A DNA stretch of 64,000 bases from Bacterioplanoides pacificum (GCF_042648445.1 NZ_JBHRYB010000001.1:626711-690710), one strand, 5' to 3'; positions 11,354 to 22,182 are shown, counted from the first letter of the stretch. Translations and numbers: made by a program. Notes: a model not told the origin generated them from the letters alone.

Positions 11354-12444
11354 TGGCTATGTTTACTGTCGTTCGCCGTTGGGTGGATCGTTATTTTTCT
11401 GACGAAGAAGCCTTGCTGCTGTTATTGCTGATTACCGCGGTGTTGCTGGTGATTGTCACACTTGGGCAGGTGCTGGCTCCGTTTCTGACGGCTGTGGTGC
11501 TGGCGTATTTGCTGCAAGGTGGTATGAACTACTGCAAAAAACGTGGCCTGGGGCATCTGGGGGCGACGGTGGTGGTGTTTCTGTTGTTCATCGGTGTGTT
11601 TCTGGCACTGCTGTTTATTATCATGCCGGCAATCTGGCAACAGACCAGTCAGTTTTTTTATGAGTTGCCCAAGATGGCCAGTAAAGGCCAGGCGCTGTTG
11701 ATGTTATTACCGGAAAAATACCCCGACCTGATCAGCAATGACCAGGTGCATCAGTGGACCAAGCAAATCGGTGATGAGCTGGCCAGGATGGGACAGCTGG
11801 CGGTCAGTTTTTCGATTTCGGGCATTACCGGTGTGATGGCGGTGCTGATTTATTGTGTGCTGGTGCCAATCCTGGTGTTTTTCCTGCTGAAGGATTCCGA
11901 TCAGATCGTGCGCTGGTGTACGTCGTTTTTGCCGCGCAAACGCAGCATGCTGAACCGGGTGTGGGCGGAGATGGATGAACAAATTGCCAATTACATCCGT
12001 GGTAAGGCGCTGGAAATCGTGATTGTGGGTGGTGTGACCTATATCGCCTTTATCATCATGGGGGTGAATTATGCGGCTCTGCTGGCGATTGGTGTCGGCT
12101 TGTCGGTGCTGATTCCGTATATCGGGGCCGCGGTGATCACCATTCCGATTGCCATGGTGGGGTATGTGCAGTGGGGCTGGAGTAATGATTTTGTCTGGCT
12201 GATGGTGGTGTACGGCATTATTCAGGCGCTGGATGGCAATGTTCTGGTGCCGCTGTTGTTTTCGGAGGTGGTCAGTCTGCATCCGGTTGCCATTATTGTT
12301 GCGGTGCTGGTGTTTGGTGGTTTGTGGGGCTTCTGGGGGGTGTTTTTTGCAATTCCGCTGGCAACCCTGTTTAAAGCGGTGTTACAGGCCTGGCCGGATT
12401 CCCAGAATCTGGCCGAGACTGAGCCGCCAGCCAGCGGCGACTGA
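11353..12444 (+). CDS. AI-2E family transporter (PerM/YdiK-like permease)
   Basis: 363 aa polytopic membrane protein with an AI-2E-like C-terminal half. Start overlaps the upstream stop (TGATG). Confidence 0.7.
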   Translation: MAMFTVVRRWVDRYFSDEEALLLLLLITAVLLVIVTLGQVLAPFLTAVVLAYLLQGGMNYCKKRGLGHLGATVVVFLLFIGVFLALLFIIMPAIWQQTSQFFYELPKMASKGQALLMLLPEKYPDLISNDQVHQWTKQIGDELARMGQLAVSFSISGITGVMAVLIYCVLVPILVFFLLKDSDQIVRWCTSFLPRKRSMLNRVWAEMDEQIANYIRGKALEIVIVGGVTYIAFIIMGVNYAALLAIGVGLSVLIPYIGAAVITIPIAMVGYVQWGWSNDFVWLMVVYGIIQALDGNVLVPLLFSEVVSLHPVAIIVAVLVFGGLWGFWGVFFAIPLATLFKAVLQAWPDSQNLAETEPPASGD

Positions 12445-12536
12445 GACGCAGAATTCACCTTGTCTCTTGTGTCCGGGGCGCGGCATCAGTAGTATTGCGC
12501 CTCTGTTTTTACGCTCAGAATTTGGAGTATCGCTCA

Positions 12537-13415
12537 ATGATTACCGGCAGTATTGTGGCTTTGGTTACCCCGATGCACGATGACGGTCAGGTCGACTGGG
12601 ATTCCCTCGATCGCCTGATTGAATTCCATATAAAGGAAGGTACCGATGCAATTGTTGCTGTCGGTACAACAGGTGAGTCTGCGACACTGGACACCAAAGA
12701 ACATTGTGCGGTGATTGAGCGGGTTGTTAAAGTGGCTGCGGGTCGTCGTCCGATCATTGCCGGCACCGGTGCTAACTCCACCTCCGAAGCCATCGAGCTG
12801 ACGCAGGAAGCCAAAATTCTGGGCGCTGATGCGGCATTATTGGTGACGCCGTACTACAACAAACCGCCTCAGCGTGGTCTGATTGCGCATCATGAAGCGA
12901 TTGCCGCGGCGGTTGATATTCCACAGATTCTTTACAACGTTCCGGGCCGTACCGCCTGTGATATGTTGCCGGAAACCATCGCTGCGCTGGCCGATGTTGA
13001 ACAGATTGTGGCCGTTAAAGAAGCGACCGGGGATATGGCCCGTGCGCGCCAGGTGATTGATCTGGTTGGTGACCGCATGGCGGTTTATTCCGGTGATGAT
13101 GCGACAGCTTATGAGCTGATCCTGATGGGCGGTAAAGGCAATATTTCAGTGACGGCTAACGTGGTTCCTAAACTGATGCATCAGCTGTGTATGCTGGCGC
13201 TGGATGGTAAAGCCGACGAAGCCAAAGCGCTGAATGATCAGCTGATGTCATTACATAATAACCTGTTCAGCGAAGCCAATCCGATTCCGGTGAAATGGGC
13301 GATGCACAAAATGGGCTATATGGGCAAAGGCATTCGTTTGCCTCTGGTTGAGCTGGATAACCGCTATCGTGCCAAGCTGGAACTGGCGATGGCAGGCTTT
13401 GACCTGATCGGATGA
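12537..13415 (+). CDS. dapA: 4-hydroxy-tetrahydrodipicolinate synthase DapA
   Basis: MITGSIVALVTPM… with the active-site Lys region. Start set at ATG 12537, downstream of a GGAG. Confidence 0.9.
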   Translation: MITGSIVALVTPMHDDGQVDWDSLDRLIEFHIKEGTDAIVAVGTTGESATLDTKEHCAVIERVVKVAAGRRPIIAGTGANSTSEAIELTQEAKILGADAALLVTPYYNKPPQRGLIAHHEAIAAAVDIPQILYNVPGRTACDMLPETIAALADVEQIVAVKEATGDMARARQVIDLVGDRMAVYSGDDATAYELILMGGKGNISVTANVVPKLMHQLCMLALDGKADEAKALNDQLMSLHNNLFSEANPIPVKWAMHKMGYMGKGIRLPLVELDNRYRAKLELAMAGFDLIG

Positions 13416-13416
13416 T

Positions 13417-14088
13417 ATGACCTTGAAGCGTATCTGTACGTCTGCACTGCTGCTCAGCAGTGCTCTGTTAAGCGGCTGTAGTTTCCTGTTTGGTGATACT
13501 TTCCAGGATCGTGCTGATAACTATCTGACACTGGAGCCTCAGCCGGAGTTGCAGACCCCGGCCGGACAGGCTCCGCTGGCGCAGCGGGATGCCAATGTGA
13601 TTCCGCCATTGCCGGTGGAAACCCGGCGGCCGGACAAATTTGCAACGCCACGTCCGTTACCACTGGTGGTTGAGCAGGTCGACGATACCGGCGTGACCAG
13701 TCTGGCGCAGTATCGGGCTGACAGCCTGAATCCCCGTCTTGATAAAGACGGTGCTGGTACACAGATTCTGCGTATGGATCTGGGGTATGCCGCGTCCTGG
13801 GCTGCCGTTACCGAAGCGCTGGCGGCGTCTGATTTAAAGCTGACGGACTTAAACCGCAGTACCGGTACCTATTATCTGCAGCTGGAGCAAACGGATGTTG
13901 AGGATACCCGTAGCTGGTGGGGGAAACTCTGGGGTGAAGAGCTGGTTACCAGCGCCAACTATCTGTTAAAAATGAATCGCTCACGGCAAGGGGTTTACCT
14001 GTCGTTGTTAACTGATGCCGATAATCTGGCAGATGCCGATGTCACCCAGCGGGTATTAACCGAAGTGAAAAATCAGCTGGATCAGTGA
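13417..14088 (+). CDS. bamC: outer membrane protein assembly factor BamC (NlpB)
   Basis: Lipobox LLSGCSF. Lies immediately after dapA, as in E. coli and Pseudomonas. Confidence 0.7.
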   Translation: MTLKRICTSALLLSSALLSGCSFLFGDTFQDRADNYLTLEPQPELQTPAGQAPLAQRDANVIPPLPVETRRPDKFATPRPLPLVVEQVDDTGVTSLAQYRADSLNPRLDKDGAGTQILRMDLGYAASWAAVTEALAASDLKLTDLNRSTGTYYLQLEQTDVEDTRSWWGKLWGEELVTSANYLLKMNRSRQGVYLSLLTDADNLADADVTQRVLTEVKNQLDQ

Positions 14089-14849
14089 GATACGCATCGT
14101 TAGGCAGTGGCAGCCGCGGCAATGCCACGGTAATTGACTATCAGCAGCAATGTTTGCTGGTGGATTGTGGTTTCAGCCGCAAGGTCATTCTCGAACGGCT
14201 GACGCAATTAAATCTGGATCCGGCTCAGTTAACCGCCGTGCTGGTGACTCATGAGCACGGTGATCATGCGAAAGGGGTACAGACGCTGTGTGAAACCCTG
14301 CAGATTCCATTTTATGCGTCGTTTGGTACGGCCCGTAAAATGGACTGGCTGTCGCATCCGTTGTGGCATTGTATCCGTTCGGAAGAAGTACTGACGCTGG
14401 CGGGAATGCAGGTGTTGCCGGTGGTGGTGCCACACGATGCCCAGGAACCACTGCAATATGTGATGAGTAATCCGGAAGGTTTTAAGCTGGGAATTCTGTC
14501 AGATCTGGGGTCATTAACTCCCCATATCCTGCAGCATTATGCCGGCTGTCATGCATTACAGATTGAAGCCAACCACGATCCACAATTATTGCAGGTAGGG
14601 CCTTATCCGCCCAGCCTGCGTGCCCGGGTTGCCGGCAATTATGGCCATCTGAACAATCACCAGTGTGCCGAGCTGGTGCAGCGGATTCACTGGCCCGGAT
14701 TAAAACGGGTTACCGCCGGGCATATCAGTGAAAAAAACAACAACCGTACTCTGGTACGGCAGTTACTGGCGCCGGTATTAAACTGTACGCCGGATGAAGT
14801 AACCCTGCTGGAGCAGGATAAAGTATCTGAATGGTATTCGCTGGCGTAG
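14085..14849 (+). CDS. MBL-fold metallo-hydrolase
   Basis: HxHxDH motif (VTHEHGDHAKG), 254 aa. Confidence 0.7.
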   Translation: MRYASLGSGSRGNATVIDYQQQCLLVDCGFSRKVILERLTQLNLDPAQLTAVLVTHEHGDHAKGVQTLCETLQIPFYASFGTARKMDWLSHPLWHCIRSEEVLTLAGMQVLPVVVPHDAQEPLQYVMSNPEGFKLGILSDLGSLTPHILQHYAGCHALQIEANHDPQLLQVGPYPPSLRARVAGNYGHLNNHQCAELVQRIHWPGLKRVTAGHISEKNNNRTLVRQLLAPVLNCTPDEVTLLEQDKVSEWYSLA

Positions 14850-14921
14850 CCCAACTAAGCATTCTGGCCGGCAAGCCGTTTGCCGACCGACTATTTAAAC
14901 TATTTTTCCGGAGAGACTCCT

Positions 14922-15632
14922 ATGGAAAAACGCGAACTGCTTTACTCTGGTAAGGCGAAATCCGTTTACACCACTGATGATAACGACCTGATGGTTTTGC
15001 AATTCCGCAACGACACTTCGGCGTTTGACGGTAAAAAAATGGAGCAGCTGGATCGTAAAGGTCTGGTGAATAATAAGTTCAATGCGTTTGTAATGAGCAA
15101 GCTGAGTGAAGCGGGCATTCCGACTCACTTTGAAAAATTGCTGTCGGATACCGAGTCTCTGGTTAAACGACTGGATATGATTCCGCTGGAATGTGTTGTT
15201 CGTAACGTCGCGGCCGGTAGTCTGGTACGGCGCCTGGGGGTGGAAGAGGGTATTGACCTGGTGCCACCCACTTTTGAGCTGTTCCTGAAGAACGACGAGC
15301 TGGGCGACCCGATGGTGAATGAATACCACGCCCGTTCATTCGGCTGGGCCGAAGAAGAACACCTGAACAAAATGAAAGAACTGACCTTTAAAGTGAACGA
15401 AGTGCTGAAGCAGCTGTTCGCTGACGGCGGTATGCTGCTGGTCGACTACAAGCTGGAGTTTGGTTTGTTTAAAGGTGAAGTGGTGTTGGGCGATGAATTC
15501 TCGCCGGACGGTTGTCGCTTATGGGATGCCGAAACCCGTGAAAAACTCGATAAAGACCGCTTCCGCCAGGGGTTGGGCAACGTGGTTGAGTCTTATGAAG
15601 AAGTCGGCCGCCGTATCGGTATGACCTTCTGA
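14922..15632 (+). CDS. purC: phosphoribosylaminoimidazole-succinocarboxamide synthase PurC
   Basis: [20 protein letters not shown]… is the canonical PurC N-terminus. Start at ATG 14922 after a GGAGAG. Confidence 0.9.
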   Translation: MEKRELLYSGKAKSVYTTDDNDLMVLQFRNDTSAFDGKKMEQLDRKGLVNNKFNAFVMSKLSEAGIPTHFEKLLSDTESLVKRLDMIPLECVVRNVAAGSLVRRLGVEEGIDLVPPTFELFLKNDELGDPMVNEYHARSFGWAEEEHLNKMKELTFKVNEVLKQLFADGGMLLVDYKLEFGLFKGEVVLGDEFSPDGCRLWDAETREKLDKDRFRQGLGNVVESYEEVGRRIGMTF

Positions 15633-15660
15633 GTCGCAGTGAGTTGTTAAAATAATGTAA

Positions 15661-15697
15661 AAAGCCCTGCTGGTGGAACCCAGCAGGGCTTTTTTAT
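15661..15697 (+). terminator. rho-independent terminator
   Basis: aaagccctgctgg…ccagcagggctttttt hairpin with T-run after purC. Confidence 0.8.
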
Positions 15698-15857
15698 GGA
15701 TCGTTTATGGTACTAATTTCACAGCAGGTGTGAGAAGGCATTCTATTTGCAATCTCAGAATTTGCAGGCAAACTAACAACACAAAATGTCGGGTAATAAG
15801 CCCGTGACGTACCGAATCCGGTCTGTTGGAAAACTACAAAATTTACAGGAATGAATC

Positions 15858-16613
15858 ATGAAAAAGACTGCGATCGCTGCATTGCTGGCAGCTCTGACCC
15901 CGATGGCGGCACAAGCCGATTTATTATTTACTGTTGGCGCAAAAGCCAGCATCTGGAATGCTGAGCCGAGTGGCCAGCTGGACGATGGTGTGTCGGTTGA
16001 AAGTGATGGCCTGAACCTGGATTCTGATAACGGCCAGCAACTGACCCTGTATTTTGAACATCCGCTGCCTTTTATCCCGAACCTGCAGCTGAAAAAGACA
16101 GCGCTGGAACTGGAAGGTGATGGATTTATCAATGCGAAGTTCGGCGATAAACCCTTCAGTGAAGACGTCACCTCAACGTTCGATCTCAGCCATACCGATC
16201 TGACCATGATCTGGGGCGTGCCGCTGCCAGTGCCCTTTGTTGATGTAAACTTCGGTCTGACGGCGCGTCAGTTTGACGGGGTAGCTGAAGTAACGAGTAA
16301 GACGAATTCACAAAAGAATGAACCTGTTGACTTGGACTTTGTGATGCCATTGTTATACGGCGAAGTGGAAGTGAACACACCGTTTGGTGTTTATGGTCAG
16401 GTGGATGTGAACTACATTGGCTACGGCGATAACAAAATGAAAGACCTGTCTTACGGCATTGGTTATGACCTGCCGATTCCGGTGGTTGATCTGGGTCTGG
16501 AAGCCGGTTACCGCAGCCTGACGCTGCAGACCGATGAAGATCTGGCCGATATCGAAACGGACGTGGAAGTGAAAGGCGCGTATTTTGGTGCGAACTTCGC
16601 TGTCGGTTTCTGA
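15858..16613 (+). CDS. outer membrane beta-barrel protein (family not assigned)
   Basis: Signal peptide MKKTAIAALLAALTPMAAQA, alternating amphipathic strands and a C-terminal aromatic residue (…FAVGF). Confidence 0.55.
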   Translation: MKKTAIAALLAALTPMAAQADLLFTVGAKASIWNAEPSGQLDDGVSVESDGLNLDSDNGQQLTLYFEHPLPFIPNLQLKKTALELEGDGFINAKFGDKPFSEDVTSTFDLSHTDLTMIWGVPLPVPFVDVNFGLTARQFDGVAEVTSKTNSQKNEPVDLDFVMPLLYGEVEVNTPFGVYGQVDVNYIGYGDNKMKDLSYGIGYDLPIPVVDLGLEAGYRSLTLQTDEDLADIETDVEVKGAYFGANFAVGF

Positions 16614-16629
16614 TCGCTGATTGCCCGTC

Positions 16630-16666
16630 AAAAAAAAGCGCTGCCCGAAAGGCAGCGCTTTTTTTA
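16630..16666. terminator. bidirectional rho-independent terminator
   Basis: aaaaaaaagcgctgcc…ggcagcgcttttttt lying between convergent genes. Confidence 0.8.
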
Positions 16667-16695
16667 TGCAACTCTGGAAAAGTTTTCCCGGTTTT

Positions 16696-18636
16696 TTATT
16701 GTTCGCCATCCACCAGTACAAACCGCGCTGAACGCGCCAGCGGTTTGATTTCCTGAACTTTAACCTGCACTTTCTGATTCAGTTTAAAGCAGGCATCACC
16801 ACTGCGATGAGTCAGGGTTTTGGTTTCAAAGGTCCAGTCACCTTTCACTTTACGGCGGTCGATGGTGCCTTCGATGCCGCTGTCTTCCAGGCGCACGGTA
16901 AAGTTCATCGAATTCATATGAACGATGGTGGCGTCGTAGGGGGTATTCTTGTCCTGCCGTTTCAGCCAGTCGAGTTTCAGCCAGCTTTCACTTTGGGATG
17001 CAGCGATACGGCTGTTGGCCTGACGTTGCTGAATCTGTTCCAGTTGTTCGGTGGATGGCAGGGCCGGTTGTGCCTGTTCCAGCAATGCTTTAATCACCCG
17101 ATGCAGCAGCAGATCGTTGTATTTGCGCAGCGGTGAGGTGAAGGTGGTGTAGTGGCTGAAACCTAAGCCGAAGTGTGGCCCGGCTTCCAGTGACAGGTTG
17201 CTGCGCTCCAGCTGACGGCTGATGATGGTGCGTAATGGTAAATCAGAGCCGCTTTGTTCGGCTTTCTGTACCCATTCAACAAACTCTTCCAGTTGCTGGA
17301 TCTTAGGTTTACGTTCCAGATCGAGTTGTTCGCGCAACAGGGCCACGACTTCGCCAATCCGTTCGGTGCGTACGCCGTTATGGGTAATAAAGAAACCACT
17401 GTTTTGTGTTGCTAACCAATCAGCGATAGAGCGGTTACAGGCCAGCATACATTCTTCCACCAGACGGTGTGCCTGGTTGCGTTCCAGCTTAACAATTTCT
17501 TTGGCTTTGCCCTGTTCGTCAGTAATGATTTTGTAATCCGGACGTTCTTCCATCACCAGGCAGTGTGCGGCGCGATACTGGCTTAACGCCTGTGAGCAGT
17601 TATACAGATGGATCACATGGCCATGCAGCTCGGCAGGCACATCGTTTTCTTCACCTTTGATTAACTGAGCGACCTGCGGGTAGTTTAACTTCGCCTGACT
17701 GCGGATTTTGGCATTGTGGATATGGGTGCTTTCGATGCTGCCGTCTTCAGCGATTCTGAGTTCTACCACCATTGCCAGACGTAATTCGTTTTCCTGCAGC
17801 GAACACAGTTGTTCGGACAGCTCTGGCGGCAACATAGGTAATACCTGATCGGGGAAGTACGATGAGGTGGCACGTTGCCCGGCCGCTTTATCCAGTTCGC
17901 TGTCCGCCTGAATCAGTGCCGCAGGATCGGCAATGGCAATCCATAAAGACCAGCCCTGACTGTGAGCCTCGGCGTACAGGGCGTCGTCGATGTCACGGGT
18001 ACCGGCGGAATCGATGGTGACAAATGGCAGATGGGTCAGATCGGTACGTTTACTCAGTTCGGCTTCCAGTCCCTGATTAACCAGTTCATTCACCTGGGTA
18101 CTGACAGCGTCACTGAAGTCGGCGCTGAGGCCCGCTTTGGTCATGATAAAGCGGTGTTCGATATGATCATCCCCGGGCTTACCGATAATTTCATCGATAT
18201 GCGCCTGGGCACGGCCGTTCGGGTAAGGATGCTGACTGATATGTGCCCGCACCAGATCACCTTCTTCGGCTTTCAGGCGTTTGTTGGGTGGCACAAAAAT
18301 CCAGCGGTTGAGCAGATCGTTGTCTGGCTCAATAAAGTGGCCTTTACCGCGAATGGTATAGCGGCCAAAAAATTCTGTTAATTCACTGCTGCTGACTGAT
18401 TCAATAATGGCTTGTTGTTTGCCCTCACCGGCTGCTTCTACCCGGAAGGCAATCCGGTCGCCGGGTAATACCTTTTCCATCTCATCCGGTGACAGGAAAA
18501 ACTGCTGCTTGTCATCGGTATTTACAAAGCCAAAACGGCCAGTGGTTGCCCTGACCCGGCCTTCATGACGGGGTGTGCTGTCATGAATTTCCTGTTTCAG
18601 GGACTTAAGCTGTGTAAGGGCGTTTTTGTCGAGCAT
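16696..18636 (-). CDS. rnb: exoribonuclease II (RNase II)
   Basis: 646 aa that aligns along its length to E. coli Rnb (cold-shock domains, RNB catalytic domain, S1). Confidence 0.9.
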   Translation of the reverse strand: MLDKNALTQLKSLKQEIHDSTPRHEGRVRATTGRFGFVNTDDKQQFFLSPDEMEKVLPGDRIAFRVEAAGEGKQQAIIESVSSSELTEFFGRYTIRGKGHFIEPDNDLLNRWIFVPPNKRLKAEEGDLVRAHISQHPYPNGRAQAHIDEIIGKPGDDHIEHRFIMTKAGLSADFSDAVSTQVNELVNQGLEAELSKRTDLTHLPFVTIDSAGTRDIDDALYAEAHSQGWSLWIAIADPAALIQADSELDKAAGQRATSSYFPDQVLPMLPPELSEQLCSLQENELRLAMVVELRIAEDGSIESTHIHNAKIRSQAKLNYPQVAQLIKGEENDVPAELHGHVIHLYNCSQALSQYRAAHCLVMEERPDYKIITDEQGKAKEIVKLERNQAHRLVEECMLACNRSIADWLATQNSGFFITHNGVRTERIGEVVALLREQLDLERKPKIQQLEEFVEWVQKAEQSGSDLPLRTIISRQLERSNLSLEAGPHFGLGFSHYTTFTSPLRKYNDLLLHRVIKALLEQAQPALPSTEQLEQIQQRQANSRIAASQSESWLKLDWLKRQDKNTPYDATIVHMNSMNFTVRLEDSGIEGTIDRRKVKGDWTFETKTLTHRSGDACFKLNQKVQVKVQEIKPLARSARFVLVDGEQ

Positions 18637-18650
18637 CCGTAGGGCAACCA

Positions 18651-19988
18651 GTGTCAGATAAAAGAGCCGCCAAGTGTACGGAAAAAGGCTTTTTTAAGCC
18701 AGCTATGCGGGCGCTCAGCCGCCAAATATGCGCTCTGGGTTATTCTGAGACGGATTACGCCGATATCAATAAAATAACAAAAAGTTACAGTAACGTTAAG
18801 CTGGCGGTGTGTTCCTGTGCCAATTTCCCTTACGGCGCGTTTAATGTTTATAAAGAAATTGCAGGCTCAGATGCTCAGGCGGTGGTGCTTCTGGGTGATT
18901 ACATTTACGAATACAAAGCGGGTGAATATCCGGCCGCCGAAGACGTGGCAGCTGGTCGTCAGGAAGAAATCGGTGGCGAAATTATTACCCTGGAGCAATA
19001 CCGGGCGCGCTATAGCCTGTACCGTCGTGATCAGGATCTGCAGGCGGCTCATGCGGCTAAGCCGTTTATCTGTGTCTGGGATGACCATGAATTAGCCAAC
19101 GACGCTTACAAAGGTGGTGCGCAAAATCATAACGACGGTGAAGGTTCGTTTGCTGAGCGCCGTGCTGCGGCTTTCCAGGCTTACTACGAGTGGCTGCCGA
19201 TCCGTACCGGTGCGGATAACGCCAAAATCTGGCGGGGTTTTGAATTCGGTAACCTGGTCAACCTGACTATGCTGGATACTCGCCAGTTCGCGCGCGATAA
19301 GTCGCTTTCTTACGATGACTACATCAGTGAAACCGGCATTGACCAGGCGGCATTTGCCGCCGACTTAGGCAATTTATCCCGCACACTGCTGGGAGACGAG
19401 CAGCAGCAGTTTGCCGATGCCTCTGTGCGTGATTCGAACGCGACCTGGCAGGTGTTAGGGCAGCAGATTCTGATGGGGCATATTAAAGTACCGGCGGAAC
19501 TGTTGCTGAGCTTGAGCAAGATCGAAAAACTGATTTCTGCCGGCCAGGATGCAAGCGCAGCCCAACAACAAACGGCACAGTTGTTAGGCGAACTGGCACA
19601 AATCAAAGGCTGTATTCTGCAGGGTGACCCAGGTGTGACGGATGCCGAAAGAGCACGTATAGAAACCGTGGCGCCATATAATCTGGATGCCTGAGATGGT
19701 TATCCGGTCGCACGTGAAAAGATGCTGCGTCTGGCCCAGTATTATAATAAAAACCTGGTTGTACTGGCCGGCGATACACACAATGCCTGGGCATCGAATC
19801 TGTATCCGGCGTTTGGTGATAAGAATACCATCCTGGACGGTCAGGACAGTGTTGGGGTGGAATTCGCGACGGCATCGGTATCATCGCCGGGCTTTGAAAC
19901 TTATGTCGGTTTCGGCAGTGATGCTCAGCAGCAGGCTGACTTTGAGCAGGTGGTAACGACTCTGGTGGATGTGACTCCGCAACCGTAG
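18651..19988 (+). pseudogene. PhoD-like alkaline phosphatase/phosphodiesterase, disrupted
   Basis: Metallophosphatase motifs (VLLGDYIYE, WDDHELANDAYKGG, LAGDTHNAWASN) are spread over two same-frame ORFs split by an in-frame TGA at 19692-19694. There is no N-terminal Tat signal or PhoD_N region, and the start abuts rnb. Confidence 0.55.
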
Positions 19989-20074
19989 CCTGATTCTGTG
20001 CCGTTAAATACGGCTGATCGTGTTAACCGGATTGCTTCACCGACGAGGAGAGGCAATCCGGTTATTGCCTGTGT

Positions 20075-20740
20075 TTAGGCTCGATATAAATTCACCCAGC
20101 GAAACTCATCCAGTTCATCCAAATCGGGGACGGTAAAGGATTCTTGGCGACCAATTTTCTGATAGGGCGGGAAATTAAAATCTTTCACCCGTGAATCGGC
20201 TACCAGAACCTTACTGGCTTTTTGCCGAAATATGTCCAGCAGTGGCAAATTCGCTTTGTCATACAACACGTCGGCGGCAATCAGCAGGTCGAGTGGTTCG
20301 TTGAAGTCAAATAAATCACCGTGTAAGCGATAATCCACCTGATTTAACCGGGCGTTGGCAGCACAGGCCAATAACGCATCCGGATCAATATCGCAGGCGA
20401 TCACTTCGCGTGCGCCGGCGATGACACAAGCGATGGCCACCACTCCGGAGCCAGCGCCAAAATCCATCACTTTTTTATCTTTTACCCAGTGTGGATTGGC
20501 TAAAATCTGACGCGCTAATACCTGGCCGCTGGCCCAGCAAAATGCCCAGTAAGCCGGATAGCTCTGAATGGATAATATTTCTTGCTGGCTGAAAGGGCGC
20601 CGCATCGCCTCAGGTTCAACCAGCCAGAGTTTAATTTGCTCACATTGGGGTAAGGACTGAATACTGACGCTGGCATCGCTCAGCATCTGTTGTATGCATG
20701 TGTTTAACGGCTGTTGTGGTGATTGTGGTTGCTGCGTCAA
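20075..20740 (-). CDS. class I SAM-dependent methyltransferase (protein-lysine MTase-like)
   Basis: Motif I MDFGAGSGVVAIA, a post-I acidic residue, and motif IV-like DLLIAADVLY. Confidence 0.65.
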   Translation of the reverse strand: MTQQPQSPQQPLNTCIQQMLSDASVSIQSLPQCEQIKLWLVEPEAMRRPFSQQEILSIQSYPAYWAFCWASGQVLARQILANPHWVKDKKVMDFGAGSGVVAIACVIAGAREVIACDIDPDALLACAANARLNQVDYRLHGDLFDFNEPLDLLIAADVLYDKANLPLLDIFRQKASKVLVADSRVKDFNFPPYQKIGRQESFTVPDLDELDEFRWVNLYRA

Positions 20741-21537
20741 GATGGGTTACCGTTTAATTCAATGGGCTGATCCGGCCGGGCAACGCGGTAACCGGCCTGT
20801 TGTAATTGCTCTGCTGCCTGTTCGTTGGCGTAATGGTACAACACCAGTCGCTGGCGTATATCTTCCCGGTATTCGTGTAAATCGCTCAGGCCGGTGTGGG
20901 ACGGATTCGGGTGCAGGCCACAGTCATGACAAATAACCTCATTACCTGTGAGTTTATGATGCAATATCTCCGGGATCGGACGGCTGTCGCCGCTGTAAAA
21001 AAATACCCCGGGCAGGTGCAGAGAAAAACCGGAGTTTGGTGCGTGATGGCGGTTGGCGTACAGTTTAAAATGCAGCCCGGCGTGGTAAAACTCATCAGTA
21101 ACCGGAATCAGCTGAAAGGCCTGCCAGAAGTCGTGGCCACCTTCGGCCATGGTGCCAAACTCCGGGTAAGTTGCTAAGCGCTGATGTAAAGTGGTCAGCA
21201 AATTCAGAGGCACAAATAGCCGCGTTAACGGCAGATTGTGTTGTTGTTGTTGTTGTTGTTGTTGCTGCTGCAACTTTAAGCGAACCGTTAAAATTTCCAG
21301 ATCAGCGATATGATCCAGATGGCAGTGGCTGATAAAAATGGCTTTGGGAAGCTGCTGGTAACGCTGCAGGTAGCTGTGAATTGTACCGGGGCCGCAGTCA
21401 ATCAGCAGCACCGCCTGGCCATCGTTTTCCAGAGTGGCCGCCGAACTGCCCATGGTTATTTGACCGCCACTGCCTGTGCCGTGAAAATTGAGTGAATAGT
21501 GTTGCGCTTTTGCGGTCATAACCCTACCTAACATCAT
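20737..21537 (-). CDS. MBL-fold metallo-hydrolase with internal poly-Gln tract
   Basis: HCHLDHIADL motif and 10 consecutive Gln. Overlaps the downstream methyltransferase by 4 nt, suggesting an operon. Confidence 0.65.
   Translation of the reverse strand: MMLGRVMTAKAQHYSLNFHGTGSGGQITMGSSAATLENDGQAVLLIDCGPGTIHSYLQRYQQLPKAIFISHCHLDHIADLEILTVRLKLQQQQQQQQQQHNLPLTRLFVPLNLLTTLHQRLATYPEFGTMAEGGHDFWQAFQLIPVTDEFYHAGLHFKLYANRHHAPNSGFSLHLPGVFFYSGDSRPIPEILHHKLTGNEVICHDCGLHPNPSHTGLSDLHEYREDIRQRLVLYHYANEQAAEQLQQAGYRVARPDQPIELNGNPS
21241..21270. repeat. trinucleotide microsatellite (TTG)8(CTG)2 encoding poly-Gln
   Basis: Direct reading of the sequence. Confidence 0.9.
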
Positions 21538-21552
21538 CGAGAGGTCTGCATT

Positions 21553-22182
21553 ATGTGGCGTCCTAAATTAATGTCTATACCCACCGCCGATCAGGCATTG
21601 CCAGGCCGGGATCAGCCGCTGACGGTTGATCCCCACCATTTTGTCAGTGGTGAACGTTTTGACGGCGATTGCCCGGCATATCTAAAACAGCTGATCATTG
21701 GTATGGGGTGTTTCTGGGGGGCGGAACGACGCTTTTTTCAGCAGCCTGGTGTGGCAGTAACGTCAGTGGGTTATGGCGCAGGCCACACCCCCAATCCAAC
21801 CTATGATGAAGTGTGCAGTGGCCATACCGGTCATAATGAACTGGTGCGCATCTGGTACGATCCGCAGCAAACCACGCTGGAAGCGTTATTAAAAGTGTTC
21901 TGGGAAAGTCACGATCCGACCCAGGGCATGCGACAGGGTAATGATATCGGCACTCAGTATCGCTCGGGGATTTATCTGTTGCACGACGACGAGCTGGCAT
22001 TAGCGCAACAGAGTAAACAGCACTATCAGCAGCGCTTAAGCGAGCAGGGGTTGGCTGAGATTACCACCGAAATCAAAAAAGCCGGGCCTTATTATCTGGC
22101 CGAAACCTATCATCAGCAGTATCTGGCGAAAAATCCCAATGGTTATTGCGGCTTAGCGGGCTGTAATGTCCGCTTTGACTAG
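21553..22182 (+). CDS. msrA: peptide methionine sulfoxide reductase MsrA
   Basis: GMGCFWGAERRF catalytic motif and full-length alignment to E. coli MsrA. An alternative start lies at 21571. Confidence 0.9.
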   Translation: MWRPKLMSIPTADQALPGRDQPLTVDPHHFVSGERFDGDCPAYLKQLIIGMGCFWGAERRFFQQPGVAVTSVGYGAGHTPNPTYDEVCSGHTGHNELVRIWYDPQQTTLEALLKVFWESHDPTQGMRQGNDIGTQYRSGIYLLHDDELALAQQSKQHYQQRLSEQGLAEITTEIKKAGPYYLAETYHQQYLAKNPNGYCGLAGCNVRFD

